64,000 bases of DNA, taken from assembly GCF_964204645.1 (NCBI RefSeq), contig NC_134025.1, positions 15,128,001 to 15,192,000 on the forward strand, in the 5' to 3' direction. The notes under the pieces are model-generated. The model was not told where the DNA came from. It worked only from the letters and a program-made list of their open reading frames with translations, and made no database searches. Below are positions 1-11,730 of the stretch, piece by piece. This DNA is from Tubulanus polymorphus (taxonomy: Eukaryota > Animalia > Nemertea). The position numbers and the translations under genes are program-made. Numbering within the stretch: position 1 is the first letter of the stretch; each line of letters starts with the position of its first letter.

Positions 1-478
1 TTAATCGTTATCTATAAAATACTTGAGTAAGGCCCTGGCGAGAGAACGTGTCCGTGCACAAATCCGAATGAATAAATTGAAATACCGGATGATAATATTG
101 AAGATAATATATTTCATTTACCTCGAACAAAGAATGATTTTCCTTATCCCTATTGTATATGAATCCCTATCGTTCCGAAGCTTCTCATGTCCTGCTGTCG
201 ACACTCGTCTTACTAAGGTACAGATTCTCTCCTCTCTCTCGATAGCGGCCCCCTTTTGTAGAAAGAATCGGCATTCTCAGAATTCCGATTCTCCCACGCA
301 GGGTCTTCCGCTTTTTGGCAAGGAGCAGCTACCCAACTGTCATGACCGTTTTTAGTTACGGAAAATTTAGCCCTACTGATTTGCTGATCTAAAGGTTTTT
401 TAGAAACTGATTTGCTGATATAAACTTTTTCTTCCAACCCTCCTGTCATGACGCGTTGTGATTTACTCACTCCTTGCT

Positions 479-2850
479 TGGTTCCTGAACTTCGCTGAAA
501 AAGCTGAAACACTGAAAAGCTGAAACGCTGAAATAAAAACGCTGAAATTTCAGGGAATTTCCGAAAAACGCCGAAATTTCAGGGAATTCCCGAAAAACGC
601 TGAAATCGTGCTAGGTACCGACAATACACGTTTTGAAAATCATTCTTGGCCGGTGTCCGATGACGAGTCCTGAACCGTGTTTTATGCTCTTCCTTCGGTT
701 ACAAAGACATGCCTTAAGGTCGTCGTCATGATCGACTTGATCGATTGCGGATTGCGTGGATTGTTAGATGTGTTTTTCGCCATAGTTTTATGTGCATATA
801 CCGGTACGATCTAACAATGAAGTTATCACTTCATTTGAATAAATTCTTAATTACAGTAATATTAATTCACAATATTTTTTCTTATGTTTGGTGATTTCTT
901 GCAACTTATCATTGCCAAGTCTCATACAAGTACGTAGCTGAATGAAAGTACAGTTAGGCTGAACGTGATAACCCAAATTAAGTGCTAGCATGGAACTAAT
1001 GATTATTTTGATTCTATTTTCGGTGTCATTGAAATTCGTTAATAAAGGTTCAACCGTCATAGTATACTGTACTTAGCATTGCTACGATTGGGTGCCATAT
1101 TTCAACAATTTCTACCAGGAGGAAGGAGTCTTTAAGTGTCTTTGTTCCCCGGTAGGGTATGGGGTAAAACCTGGTTTACTTTCTCTTTCGACTAGCCGGA
1201 GACTATTATCTGCAATGTATTGCATGCTTTGATTTGTCTGGCCTATAGGAGTCGAACGATATTTTCCCATACACAAGCTTGGCTTTAGTACTAGATGAAG
1301 GCTAGGCACTGCACATTGTGGATTGACTGGAACTCTAAACTCACAAAATTAAACGAGTCAACAAGAAAGATCCAATAATTTGACGTTTGTCTAATTATAT
1401 TATTTAACAGCTTAAAATAATACTTAACACATTCTGCAAGAGTACACAAAAGAAATCAGTTCTTACATTATATCAGAATCAATAGTTCGCTTAACTCGGG
1501 CTTGAATTCTGGTTCCATTGCTTTAAATTCTAATGAAATTCACTAGCATACCTTAGAATATTGCTTAGCTTAAGATAAAAAATTTGGTACCAGGAAAACG
1601 GGAAGTAAAGTGGGTGTACTGTACATCCCCAATTGACTTATTTCTCTCTGGTTGAATCAAGTTATTACTGAAATAGCATTCGAATAGCCATTTTGTTTTT
1701 AAAAATTGTGTCGTTCAGCTATCCTGCTGCAAATTTCGCAGTTCAAGTTAACTAGTGCCATCTGATTTCTCAGTATCTCAAATTTGCACATTCTTAGCCC
1801 GAGTCTAAAAATAGAAAAAAAGTGCATTTAAAGTAGGAAATAAAAGAATAGTGGCTAACACACTCTGGAGATATAGCCTATGGGGTGGGCCTAGTTTGAA
1901 AGCACTGAGGTCCGAGGGGACAGCACTTAGTAAATAAATACTGAAATCAAACTTACAAAACACCCAATACTTGAGATGATGTACTTGACAAGAAGTGTGT
2001 CCAGCTGAGCAAATCAACTTTGTCTATGACACCTCCTTTTATAGATACCGTAGTAGTCTAAACATAAGAATCAGTACATTTTTCTAACAGTTGGTATGTC
2101 ATTTAAAAAAAAAACAACCTATTATTATCACAACACAGCAAATAAATTACAGTTGTTGAATGGTTTGCCCGATTTAGATTAATTGGTTGACGCTAATTAG
2201 TATGACCTATAAGTAGGGGTCTACTGCATGTCATTGGCGTCAATCCATTCCATTCCACGGTGAATTAAAAAGAAATTTAGTTAGAGCCCTTTCGTCCAAA
2301 AGCTGCGTCATTTATATAACTAGCTGTCAAATTTAATTTACCTCCTTCAGAGAATACCATAGTCTGTCGCCCATCAACGTGTTGACAAAAGAAAAGTTGC
2401 TTATAATCCTGTTTTATACATGAACGATAGGCCTACGTCTTGCAGAAGTAAACCATATTCTTGGAATATTGAGCATAGTGTTTAAGTTGGCTTGCACGGT
2501 TTGTGAATTGGTTTTCCTCATCATGCTGCCTGTATGCATTAAAAATCCGGATTTCAAGCGAATTAATTTGTCCAACAAGTGGCCCTCTAGAAGTATACTC
2601 CACACATACTGCCCATGCATATCTCTGTAACCGAGGGTGGAGACTAAAAGACGGTTCAGGACTCGGCAGCGGACACCGGCCCGGAAAGAATTTTAAAACG
2701 TGTATTGTCGGTACCTAGCACGATTTCAGCGTTTTACGGGAATTCCCTGAAATTTCGGCGTTTTTCGGAAATTCCCTGAAATTTCAGCGTTTTTATTTCA
2801 GCGATTCAGCGTTTCAGTGTTTCAGCTTTTTCAGCGAAGTTCAGGAACCG
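479..2850. mobile_element. Non-autonomous TIR DNA transposon, Mutator/MULE-like (9-bp TSD)
   Basis: ~180-bp imperfect TIRs at 480-659 and 2670-2849 (GGTTCCTGAACTTCGCTG... / ...CAGCGAAGTTCAGGAACC) with internal GCTGAAA repeats. Flanked by direct repeat CTCCTTGCT at 470-478 and 2851-2859. No transposase ORF inside. Superfamily inferred only from TSD length and long TIRs. Confidence 0.8.
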
Positions 2851-3459
2851 CTCCTTGCTAGTCGTTGTTGAGAGAGCAGCTATTGTCTGTGCATTATTAA
2901 CGAGCGCATACAGACAACAGAAACTTCAGACAGCTAGTTTTAACATTTAACACGAATTAATTTTTCTAAAACATTAGCGATTATTAACAATTTGTTCTTA
3001 AACAACATCTACTAATTATTTCATCTACAATTAAACTAATTTTATTTTAATACAGGATAAGCAAAACAACCACATCTTCCTAAACTTCCGGTTTTTCCTT
3101 TTACGGAAAGTAGCCGGGAATATCATCAAGTATCAGCGTGATCCCTTTACGAGCCTCATTATAAATACACTCCATTGTTCCGACCCAACCAAATATGGTT
3201 CCAACTATTTAAAAGTTTTATATAAAGATTGTTTGCCAGATCTCACAGCAGAAGAACCGAGAAAGAATTGTTGTTTATAGACTGATTTATGGTTTGCGTT
3301 GGTAGATGAAAGCATCAAACAAGAACTTTCGTAATTCTTACTACTAGTACGTGCTTGTCTGACGGCTTTAACGTAACCCACACGCATACGGAAACAACAT
3401 TAAGAACATTTCTAAATACTACGAAACAATTTCAAATACTACGAAAAGCTAGCTGTGGA

Positions 3460-4200
3460 TCAGTAGGTAAGGTGTGTTTGAATATAACTCATATACAGTA
3501 GTCGTTTCGACCAACTTGGAATAAGATTTTTCAAGCATCTCAATAGATATAAATTTTTGTTAAGCTTATTAATCAACTGTTTAACACGATGCTCCCAATT
3601 TAAACTGTCGTCAATCCATAATCCAAGAAATTTTGAGGATTTATCCAATTTAAGAATTTCACTGCCAAAACATATCTGCAATTTTGATTTCACAATTGTT
3701 TTGTCTTTACAAAATAATAGACATTTTGTTTTATTGATATTAAGGGTAAGCTTGTTAGCGTTGAACCAATCACTAACAATGTTTAGATCATATTTGGTGT
3801 TATATATCAGTGAGTTGATATTTTTGTTGGAAATTGATGAGTTTTTGTCATCTGCAAAGGAGATAGCTTTAGCATAACATAGATTACAGTGAAGATCATT
3901 AACGTAGATTAAAAAAAGCAAAGGTCCTAAGACCGATCCTCGAGGTACACCGAATTTAACTTCTTTATCAGCATAATATTCATCATCATATTTAACAAAC
4001 ATTTTTCGATTAGTGAGATATTATCTAAACCAATTATTAACATGACCTCTGATACCATAGTGCGATAATTTATATAGTAATATATCAATATCAAGGAAGT
4101 CAAATGCCTTCGACAAGTCTAAGAAAAGTCCAAGGGAGCTAACATCCTGTTCCAGATTTTGTATTATGTTGCCAATAAATTCGGTGATAGCATGGCTAGT
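3460..4200 (-). pseudogene. Non-LTR (LINE) reverse transcriptase fragment, CR1/L2/Jockey-group-like
   Basis: ORF 3460-4002 has GVPRGSVLGPLLFLIYVNDL, FADD, WFNANKLTLNINKTK and KFLGLWID. The frame upstream of a stop reads FLDLSKAFD...LLYKLSHYGIRG. Confidence 0.9.
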
Positions 4201-4264
4201 CGAATGATTCGATCTAAATCCGTACTGACTGATATTCAGAATTTTAAAAGGTCAATCACAATTA

Positions 4265-4840
4265 AAATCAATTGGTCGCTCCACTTCGCTACCGCTCCGC
4301 TCCGCGACCAATTGATTTATTTACAATACACAAATTCATATAATCAAATATATTCAAATAATAATAATTATTCTATTATTCAACTGAAATGCACGCGGTT
4401 ATGAAAATATATTATAGTTTTAAATTACTTTTAATATTTGTTTTTAATGAACTCGACCATTCGACCTTTGATATGAAAGCCCATTACCCCTATTACTCTT
4501 AAAATATTCATATAAATGAATAACATTTAAATCATTGAACTTCTAAAATCAATTTTAATAAAAAATTTAGTATTAAAATGGAAGCAAATAAGTACTACTG
4601 TCCAACATGTAATATCAATATAGATAAATCCCAAAAAGCAAGACACAATAAAACTAAAACACATTTAGAGAATAAATTGAAACTAGAATATTTACAGTTA
4701 TATTTAGAACAGTTAACAAAGGCAAAGAAATTTATTGAATTATGGAATAATGATCCAAATAATGAACAATACGTTGAGGAATTTGATATCAAGGATCCGA
4801 TGTTTATACTAGAACATGATTCTATTTGAGCCTATATACA
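4265..4840 (+). mobile_element. Truncated Polinton left end (long-hairpin TIR matching the right end of copy 1)
   Basis: 4265-~4690 is the reverse complement of ~22516-22943. It is followed by the chimeric MEANK ORF and a short piece matching ~6878-6918. Confidence 0.85.
4578..4829 (+). CDS. Small chimeric ORF: pPolB N-terminal Zn finger fused to HNH-protein C-terminal tail
   Basis: First 38 aa nearly equal the N-terminus of 21847-22629; LQLYLEQLTKAKKFIELWNNDPNNEQYVEEFDIKDP matches the tail of 7920-8645. Confidence 0.45.
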   Translation: MEANKYYCPTCNINIDKSQKARHNKTKTHLENKLKLEYLQLYLEQLTKAKKFIELWNNDPNNEQYVEEFDIKDPMFILEHDSI

Positions 4841-5387
4841 TGTTTTCTTACCGATATTTCTCTCTTCTTTTCGAGGAAGTGCTATCGAATAATTCCCTCT
4901 CTTCTCCACAATCAATTTCAAAGTCAATTTTATGAATTTAATGCTCAGCGGGTCCGAGTCCAAGAATTTACGAGTCCGGCGTTCGCGTGTCTGACAGGTT
5001 TACGGGCATTTGTTTGTTACCACTTTAATATTTTTGATTTCTTGTTATTCCGGTTATTTCATTTAAGTATATTGCTGATCAGTTCATGTAACCAAAAGCG
5101 TCAATAAATAGATTTTGAATTCATCAATTTTAAATCAAGGTCGTTGAGTCGCGGAGGGCTGCTAGAATTACGTTCGTCTCAGAGAGAAAACAAACGACAG
5201 AAAAGTATCAGGTGATTATCGATAGCCTACTACGGTACACACAGTTGACAAACAGTGTTAGGCCTGTGCCGGTTGGTGCGTACTGGGAATAAATATACTG
5301 GTTGGTCAGTTGGTTCGGTTGTGAAGTGTGGAAGCTAAGAAAGCCTACCGCAGTACCGGTATTTATTTGTCTATAGGCCTGTTATAT

Positions 5388-5860
5388 AGTAGCCAATACC
5401 AGTAAGTACGTAGTTGTTACTCGTATGTGACTGTATGGTGATCTCCACAGGTTAACCGTACGTGAGTTCCCTACTAACGCCGTACGTGAGTTCCTAGTAG
5501 CCAATACCATTTTTTAAGTACGAAGTTGTTACCCGTATGTGCCAGTGACTGTACGGTGGTATCCACAGGTTAACCGTAGGTGAGTTCCCTAAAAAGGCCG
5601 TAAGTGAGTTCCTATAATCTGCAAACGTGCATGCGTGAAAGAATAGAGTTTGGGTTAGGTGAGGCTAGGCTATTTGTAAATCAAATTTCATCCACCCTGC
5701 AGTTACGTTCTGTGGCACAGTGGGTAAATCACTGGACTACAACTAGATTTTTTTTTCGTTTGGTTTCGAATCCCAATATTGCAAGTCTTAGCATCAACAT
5801 ACTCACATACGGCTAACCTGTAGAAATCACCGTACAGTCACGTACAGGTAACAACAGCGT
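5388..5860. repeat. Small repeat element: tandem ~105-bp units, an inverted copy, and a tRNA-like (A/B box) core
   Basis: TAGTAGCCAATACCA...CACAGGTTAACCGTA unit twice (5388-5590) and an inverted partial copy at ~5801-5856. A-box-like TGGCACAGTGG (~5713) and B-box-like GGTTTCGAATCC (~5762). Duplicated at ~23730-24200. Confidence 0.45.
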
Positions 5861-6053
5861 TTTAAGTACCGGGTATTAAGTGAGTACGACAAGCCTACCA
5901 TGCCTATGTACTACAAACACAACTTTTTCTCGATCGTCGGCCCTACAGTGATGTTACTATAACTGGTGCAATTATAACATGGATAGGATTTGGCCAGGAC
6001 TAGTCTAATTCAATCTATGTACTAATTCACTCGATAGGTCTTTTTTTAAAACA

Positions 6054-6216
6054 GGGATCATTCATTTATTACGTACGCATAAAATTTGATTATTTCAACC
6101 CCCTCTCCCTCTGTACGTAAAATCTGCCATTTTTTCATGTACATTAAGCATTACAGTACGTAATTGCCCTGACCCCTCCCCCTCCCCTAATGCGTACATA
6201 ATAAATGAATGATCCC
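6054..6216. mobile_element. MITE, PIF/Harbinger (Tourist)-like
   Basis: 27-bp TIR GGGATCATTCATTTATTACGTACGCAT / ATGCGTACATAATAAATGAATGATCCC, flanked by ACA on both sides (3-bp TSD). Confidence 0.7.
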
Positions 6217-6320
6217 ACAATACAGTGAAGTATTCACACGCAGAAAGGCTAATTGATTTGAGCCATGTGATTAAATTTGGCCAGGCCTTCTGTGACCTGC
6301 TGACATTAATAGTCAATGTG

Positions 6321-6472
6321 AGTAATAGGGAATATCTTGTTTCATACCAAAGGTCGAAGGGTCGAGCTCATAAAAAATAAAAAATAAATTCTCGCAAACT
6401 CGAATTTATTTTTTATTTTTTACTCACTCGCCCCTTCAACCTTTGATATGAAACAACTTATTCCCTATTACT
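6321..6472. repeat. Terminal fold-back hairpin, short type (152 bp)
   Basis: AGTAATAGGGAATA...TATTCCCTATTACT imperfect palindrome with central TAAAAAATAAAAAATAAATTC-loop-GAATTTATTTTTTATTTTTTA. Confidence 0.9.
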
Positions 6473-6551
6473 CTTAAAATATTCATATATATGAATAAAA
6501 TATAAATGAATAACTTCTAAAATCAATTTTAATAAAAAATTTAGTATTAAA

Positions 6552-6779
6552 ATGGAAGCAAATAAGTACTACTGCCCAACATGTAATATCAATAAAGATA
6601 AATCCCAAAAATCAAGACACAATAAAACTAAAACACATTTAGAGAATAAATTGAAACTAGAATATTTACAGTTATATTCAGAACAGTTAACAAAGGCAAA
6701 GAAATATATTGAATTATGGAATAATGATCCAAATAATGAACAATACGTTGAGGAATTTGATATCAAGGATCCGAAATGA
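6552..6779 (+). CDS. Small chimeric ORF (pPolB N-terminal Zn finger + HNH tail) at the left TIR
   Basis: Same fusion as 4578-4829; preceded by the pPolB upstream motif duplicated in the TIR. Confidence 0.45.
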   Translation: MEANKYYCPTCNINKDKSQKSRHNKTKTHLENKLKLEYLQLYSEQLTKAKKYIELWNNDPNNEQYVEEFDIKDPK

Positions 6780-7597
6780 CTTATCGGGACAGTCATAATT
6801 ACTGCTCCTAATAGATAAACAAAAGTAGTGAGATATCAAATAGAATTCAAATAAAATATATTAAAAAAATGCATAGCTGTTTTTACTAGAACATGATTCT
6901 ATTTGAGCCTATATACATTCTATGTAAAGAGCTATGGAATAAATCTATAAATTCACAGCTGTTACAGCTGTTACTATGACGCCGAGACATATGACTCATT
7001 ATTACAAACGTGCAGAGAACACTCTAGAACCGGAACCAGATGACGTGGCAAGAAATGAACAGACGCTGTAACATTGTGCTCAGGATATTCTATCTCTCGA
7101 AACGAAATTAGGAGTTTATAGTTTACAATTCTAAATCTAAATGTAAGTACTGTTTGTTGTAGTTATTAGGGCTATTAAATATGAAACCTTTAGATATATT
7201 TAAGTGTATTTAGTATATCTTTTAGATGGCTAGAGTTGCCGCTAATATCTTTTAGATTAATAAAACGCCATACGCATCAAGAAGTGATAGAGAAACTCAA
7301 GATACTCTTTCTGACTGAGGAATCAACAGCAATGGATATCAAACCAATAGAATCGCCAAAAGATCGAAGAAGAAATATAAGAATTTCAAAAACATTAAGA
7401 CTCCAATGATTAAGTTTAACATTTGTTGATGTAGTTAAATATTTACCAGCAATTGAAAAAATGCTTGTTATTATAAATTGTATTTATAGAAATCAAATGA
7501 TGTATTGGAAGAAATGACTGAACAACTTGTATAATGTATTGTGTAAATCTGTTTGGTGAATTTTTATGTTCAGTCGTTTCAATAATGATTCGTTTCA

Positions 7598-7802
7598 ATT
7601 ATGATTAGCGCATGCGCATTAAGCAAAACCGCGCACGAATGCGAGGTTTGCCTAATGCGAACACGTTTAGATATTTCATATCGGTTGTTTCTATTTACAT
7701 AATTATATATTCATTATGTAAATATAATTATGATTAACGCATGCGCATTAAGCAAAAGCGCGCATGAATGCGCGGTTTTGCCTAGTGGTATTATTTAGAT
7801 AT
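7598..7802. promoter_or_regulatory. Two ~130-bp-spaced GC-rich units with (G)CGCATGCGC palindromes and hairpins upstream of the HNH gene
   Basis: ATTAGCGCATGCGCATTAAGCAAAACCGCGCACGAATGCG repeated at ~7605 and ~7734; variants at ~25958 and ~26071. Confidence 0.4.
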
Positions 7803-7919
7803 TAAGGAATCGAAACAATTTATCAAAAGCAGCGAGGAATGAAAAAAGATGACGTTGGTCGAAGAAATGGAAGAGGATTCTAAAATATTAACCAATTTAG
7901 TAAAAAATACGTATAATAA

Positions 7920-8645
7920 ATGGAACCAGAACAACCACAAACTATCAATATTACAAATAACACTGGTGTTATAAATATATATTACAAGAAGTGTTCTAAG
8001 TGTGAATTAGATAAATCATTAACAGAATTTAGTAAGCGTAAGATTAGCAAAGATGGTTTTCAATATTGCTGTAAAACTTGCACTAAACTATATACTAAAC
8101 AATATCGAGAAGATAATATAGAACATTATAATTATTATATGGCAGAATATATGAGAGAAAGATATCAAACAGATCTTAATTTTAGATTGAAACAATGTTT
8201 AAGATCTAGATTAACACAATTATTCAACAAAGAAACGCATTCAGAAACACTATCTAATTTATTGGGTTGTTCAGATGAATTTCTCAAATCATGGATTATA
8301 TTTCAATTCGATGATAAAATGAATATAGATAATTATGGGGATTATTACCATATTGATCACGTGTTACCAATATCTAAATTTAACATGAATGATGAATACA
8401 ATAAAAAACTTATTTGGAATTGGAAGAATTTAAGACCTTTAGAAAAGAAGGAAAACATAATTAAATCTAATAAACTAGATTTACAGTTATATTTAGTACA
8501 GTTAACAAAGGCAAAGAAATTTATTGATCAATGGAACAATAATCCAAATAATGAACAATACGTTGAGGAATTTGATATCAAGGATCCGATTCAGATGTAC
8601 TACAACCAAACGTCGAAACAGAAAATGAATCAGAACAAAAATTAA
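7920..8645 (+). CDS. Zn-finger + HNH endonuclease
   Basis: CSKC...CKTC; HIDHVLP...NLRPLEKKENIIKSNK HNH motif. Confidence 0.8.
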   Translation: MEPEQPQTINITNNTGVINIYYKKCSKCELDKSLTEFSKRKISKDGFQYCCKTCTKLYTKQYREDNIEHYNYYMAEYMRERYQTDLNFRLKQCLRSRLTQLFNKETHSETLSNLLGCSDEFLKSWIIFQFDDKMNIDNYGDYYHIDHVLPISKFNMNDEYNKKLIWNWKNLRPLEKKENIIKSNKLDLQLYLVQLTKAKKFIDQWNNNPNNEQYVEEFDIKDPIQMYYNQTSKQKMNQNKN

Positions 8646-8654
8646 CTAAAATAA

Positions 8655-9023
8655 ATGAGTGATAGCGTTAAGAAGAAGCCTAGATCCGAGAAACAAATTA
8701 TATGGGCAAGAGAATTAGGTAAAAGATCTTCAGAATTAAAAAAAGCTAAGAAAAAGAAATTAACTGATATAAATGAATCACAGACTTTATCTGATATTAA
8801 TTCAAATAATAATCCATCTAATTCTTCTAATGCTGGAAGTAATTATAAATTATATATTACAATTGGATTAGTAACAGTTATTATATTATCTGGTGTAATA
8901 TATAAATCAAAATTCAAATCCGATGATAAAGATGATTCCAATAATAATAAACCTATCATACCAGAAAATAAGTCAAATCATAAAGTCATTGAAACTAAAT
9001 CTAAATTATTATTAATGGATTAA
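8655..9023 (+). CDS. Small basic single-pass membrane protein
   Basis: Lys-rich N-terminus; hydrophobic LYITIGLVTVIILSGVIY; TAAATG start; homolog at 27766-28136. Confidence 0.7.
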   Translation: MSDSVKKKPRSEKQIIWARELGKRSSELKKAKKKKLTDINESQTLSDINSNNNPSNSSNAGSNYKLYITIGLVTVIILSGVIYKSKFKSDDKDDSNNNKPIIPENKSNHKVIETKSKLLLMD

Positions 9024-9029
9024 AATAGA

Positions 9030-10115
9030 ATGAAAAAAGAAATATATTTAAGAGATTTATATTATAACCGAGAAAGTGAAGTATCATATTCTAGTATTTC
9101 AGAATTATGGAATAAAATTAAATTTGATAATGGTGATATAAAATATAGCGAATTAAAATCATGGTTACAAAATCAACCAACATATCAAATCCACAAGAAA
9201 ATGGATAAAACTTATTTAACAAGAAAAGTTATGGTTTCATATATCGATCAACAATGGCAAGCAGATTTAATTGACATGAAGAACTTAGAAGAACACAACA
9301 AAGGATATTTCTGGATACTGAATGTTATAGACATATTCAGTCGATACGCATGGTCAATTCCAATCAAAAATAAAACTGGTATAGAAGTAACAAATGCTTT
9401 TAAATCTATATTTAAAGAAGCTATTCCTGATAAGATACAATTTGATGAAGGTAAGGAATTCTATAACAAACATTTCAAAAAACTATTATCTGATAACGAT
9501 GTAGACTATTTTTCAACACACTCAGATAAAAAAGCATCTATTATAGAAAGATTTAATAAAACATTGAAAACTAGAATGTGGAAATATTTTACTGCTAATG
9601 AAACATATAAATATATCGATGTGTTAGATGATTTAGTGAAAGGTTATAATAATTCTAAACATAATTCTATAAATATGAAACCTATACAAGCTAGAAAAGA
9701 AGATAATTCAGAAATAGTTTGGAATAATTTATATGGAGCGTTTGTTACACATGATTTCGGAGAACATAAATTTAAAATAAGACAACACGTAAGAATATCT
9801 AAATATAGAAAAACCTTTTATAAAGGTTATACCCCTAATTTTACAGAAGAAATATTTAAGATTAAAAAGATAATATTAACTAAACCTTTTTTTTATAAAT
9901 TAGAAGATCTAAAAGATGAAGAAATATTAGGTTATTTCTATGAACAAGAATTATCACTTGTACCAAATCCAGATGAAATAGAATACAAAATAGAAAAAGT
10001 ATTGAAAACAAAAACTCTTGAAGGAAAAAAGTATTCTTTGGTGAAATATAAAGGATATGATGATAAATTTAATGAATGGATTTTATCTAGTAAAATTAAA
10101 AGAATAAATGAATAA
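9030..10115 (+). CDS. Retroviral-like (RVE) integrase with C-terminal chromodomain
   Basis: DDE motifs QWQADLID, IQFDEGKEF, IIERFNKTLK; chromodomain YKIEKVLK...YSLVKYKGYDDKFNEWI. Intact ORF. Confidence 0.95.
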   Translation: MKKEIYLRDLYYNRESEVSYSSISELWNKIKFDNGDIKYSELKSWLQNQPTYQIHKKMDKTYLTRKVMVSYIDQQWQADLIDMKNLEEHNKGYFWILNVIDIFSRYAWSIPIKNKTGIEVTNAFKSIFKEAIPDKIQFDEGKEFYNKHFKKLLSDNDVDYFSTHSDKKASIIERFNKTLKTRMWKYFTANETYKYIDVLDDLVKGYNNSKHNSINMKPIQARKEDNSEIVWNNLYGAFVTHDFGEHKFKIRQHVRISKYRKTFYKGYTPNFTEEIFKIKKIILTKPFFYKLEDLKDEEILGYFYEQELSLVPNPDEIEYKIEKVLKTKTLEGKKYSLVKYKGYDDKFNEWILSSKIKRINE

Positions 10116-10717
10116 AGATTTATTTATATTTGAACCGCATAATATGTTAGTTACTGGAGTAACCAATTGTGGTAAAACACATTTCATATTAGATTTGTTA
10201 GAAACTATATATAAGGATCATTTTGATAATATAATATTATTCTGTCCTACTTATGAAATGAATAAAACATATAATAGAGACATAGTTAAGATGAAAAAGT
10301 TTATTATATTAGATCCTAAAACAGTAAAAGGAAATTTAGATAATTGTATAAAAATAGCAATTGATACTTATAAAGGATCAAATACATTATTCATTATAGA
10401 TGATTGCGCTCATTTACATGATTCAAAAGTGAGAGAAAGTGAGTTATGTTATCTAGCTTTCTCTGGAAGACATTTTGGGATAACGACATGGGTTTTAAAT
10501 CAAATATATTTCAATTGTTAAAGACTTTAGGGAGAATATAAGATTTCTAGTTTTATTTTATAACAAAGATAAAAAATCTATGCAACAATCATTGGAAGAA
10601 AATCAAATTATACCTACTGAATTACACGATGAATATATGAATAAATTAAAGAATAATAAAGGTTCAAAATTATTACTGAGACTACAATTTCCCTATGAAT
10701 ATAAATTTATAAAATAA
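10108..10717 (+). pseudogene. A32/FtsK-like packaging ATPase, frameshifted near 10505
   Basis: Walker A GVTNCGKT, Walker B LFIIDD, GRH motif; the C-terminus continues in another frame (compare intact 29219-29830). Confidence 0.9.
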
Positions 10718-10907
10718 AATTTATATGACTATGTATTAGATACCCTAATACCTGATACCCCATTAGATACCCTAATACAAATAATATGTATTAGATATGT
10801 ATTAGATACCTTAAATACCTTAAATACTTAAAACCCCCTTTTTATTTTCTATTATTTTATACAATTTTCAACTGATATTATTATTTGAATTAAATATAAT
10901 TAATATC

Positions 10908-11698
10908 TTAATCACTTCCACTATCACTCTCCAATTCACTATCAGGCCCTATCGATTTATTCAAATGCTCTACCGAATCTACATCAATAGTTGTTTTATT
11001 TTTATACTTATTCTTCGCCCTTTTTACTGCATCATCAATAGTTGTTTCATTGTTATGCTTATTCATCCAATCAAATTTATCATTATTTTCTACTTTATGT
11101 TTCATAGAATCTTTATTAGTGTTTGCTCCTAATATTTCATTTACAGTGTTTGATCCTAATATTTCATTAGCATCAGTTAAATCTAATTCATCTTTATTAG
11201 GTGTTGCTAATAAAAAATCTTCATATAATTCTTTACCATTTACTTTTTTATTTGAAACAAACTTTGTAACATATCTAAATGGGTGTTCTATAAATTCTCT
11301 TAAACCAACACGTTCTATAACATTAGTAATATGTACCTTTGTATTCATATGTTTATTCCAATTTGATGGGGCGTTTGAAAATTCACCTTTACAATAATCA
11401 CAATAATTTCTATTTTCACTAACATTTAATATTATTTCATTATTAGATGTAGTAGGTATTACATTATTAGATGTAGTAGGTATTACTGTAGTAGGTATTA
11501 CATTATTATCAATTACATACTTAAATTATCAACAACACCACTTTTATTATTATCGATTTCTATTAGTTTAGTTTTATAAATTTTGAAAATAGGATCAAAT
11601 ATCAAAGCTATATTACAAGGTATTACATAATATAAACCATCATTATTTTCATGTGTATCGATGTATGGAATATGTTTATATACTTTACCTCCGTCCAT
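10908..11698 (-). pseudogene. Variable-slot gene, allele 1 (M[DE]GG start, VIPTT repeats, Zn-finger-like motif), disrupted
   Basis: ORFs 11513-11698 and 10908-11348 together match the continuous ORF 63137-63949. Confidence 0.75.
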
Positions 11699-11730
11699 TT
11701 ATTATATATATTTTTATTAAAGTTAAAATT

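Larger units (their letters stand above)
4841..7350. repeat. ~2.5-kb near-identical segmental duplication, copy A (copy B ~23182-25700)
   Basis: Only scattered substitutions and one small indel between copies; duplicated ORF translations 4826/23177, 5604/23946, 6095/24444, 6552/24901. Confidence 0.9.

Noticed and set aside
1-2718. Short ORFs of 60-110 aa in the first 2.7 kb
   Set aside because: No recognisable domains; consistent with chance ORFs in repeat-derived DNA.
3100-3215. Possible gag N-terminus on the minus strand (LEPYLVGSEQWSVFIMRL)
   Set aside because: Too short, with no supporting open frame.
5705-5785. tRNA gene
   Set aside because: A- and B-box-like motifs are present but I could not build a convincing cloverleaf; treated as a tRNA-derived repeat.
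6950-7550. Additional Polinton gene in the left arm
   Set aside because: Codon-like stretches, but stops in both copies and no recognisable motif.
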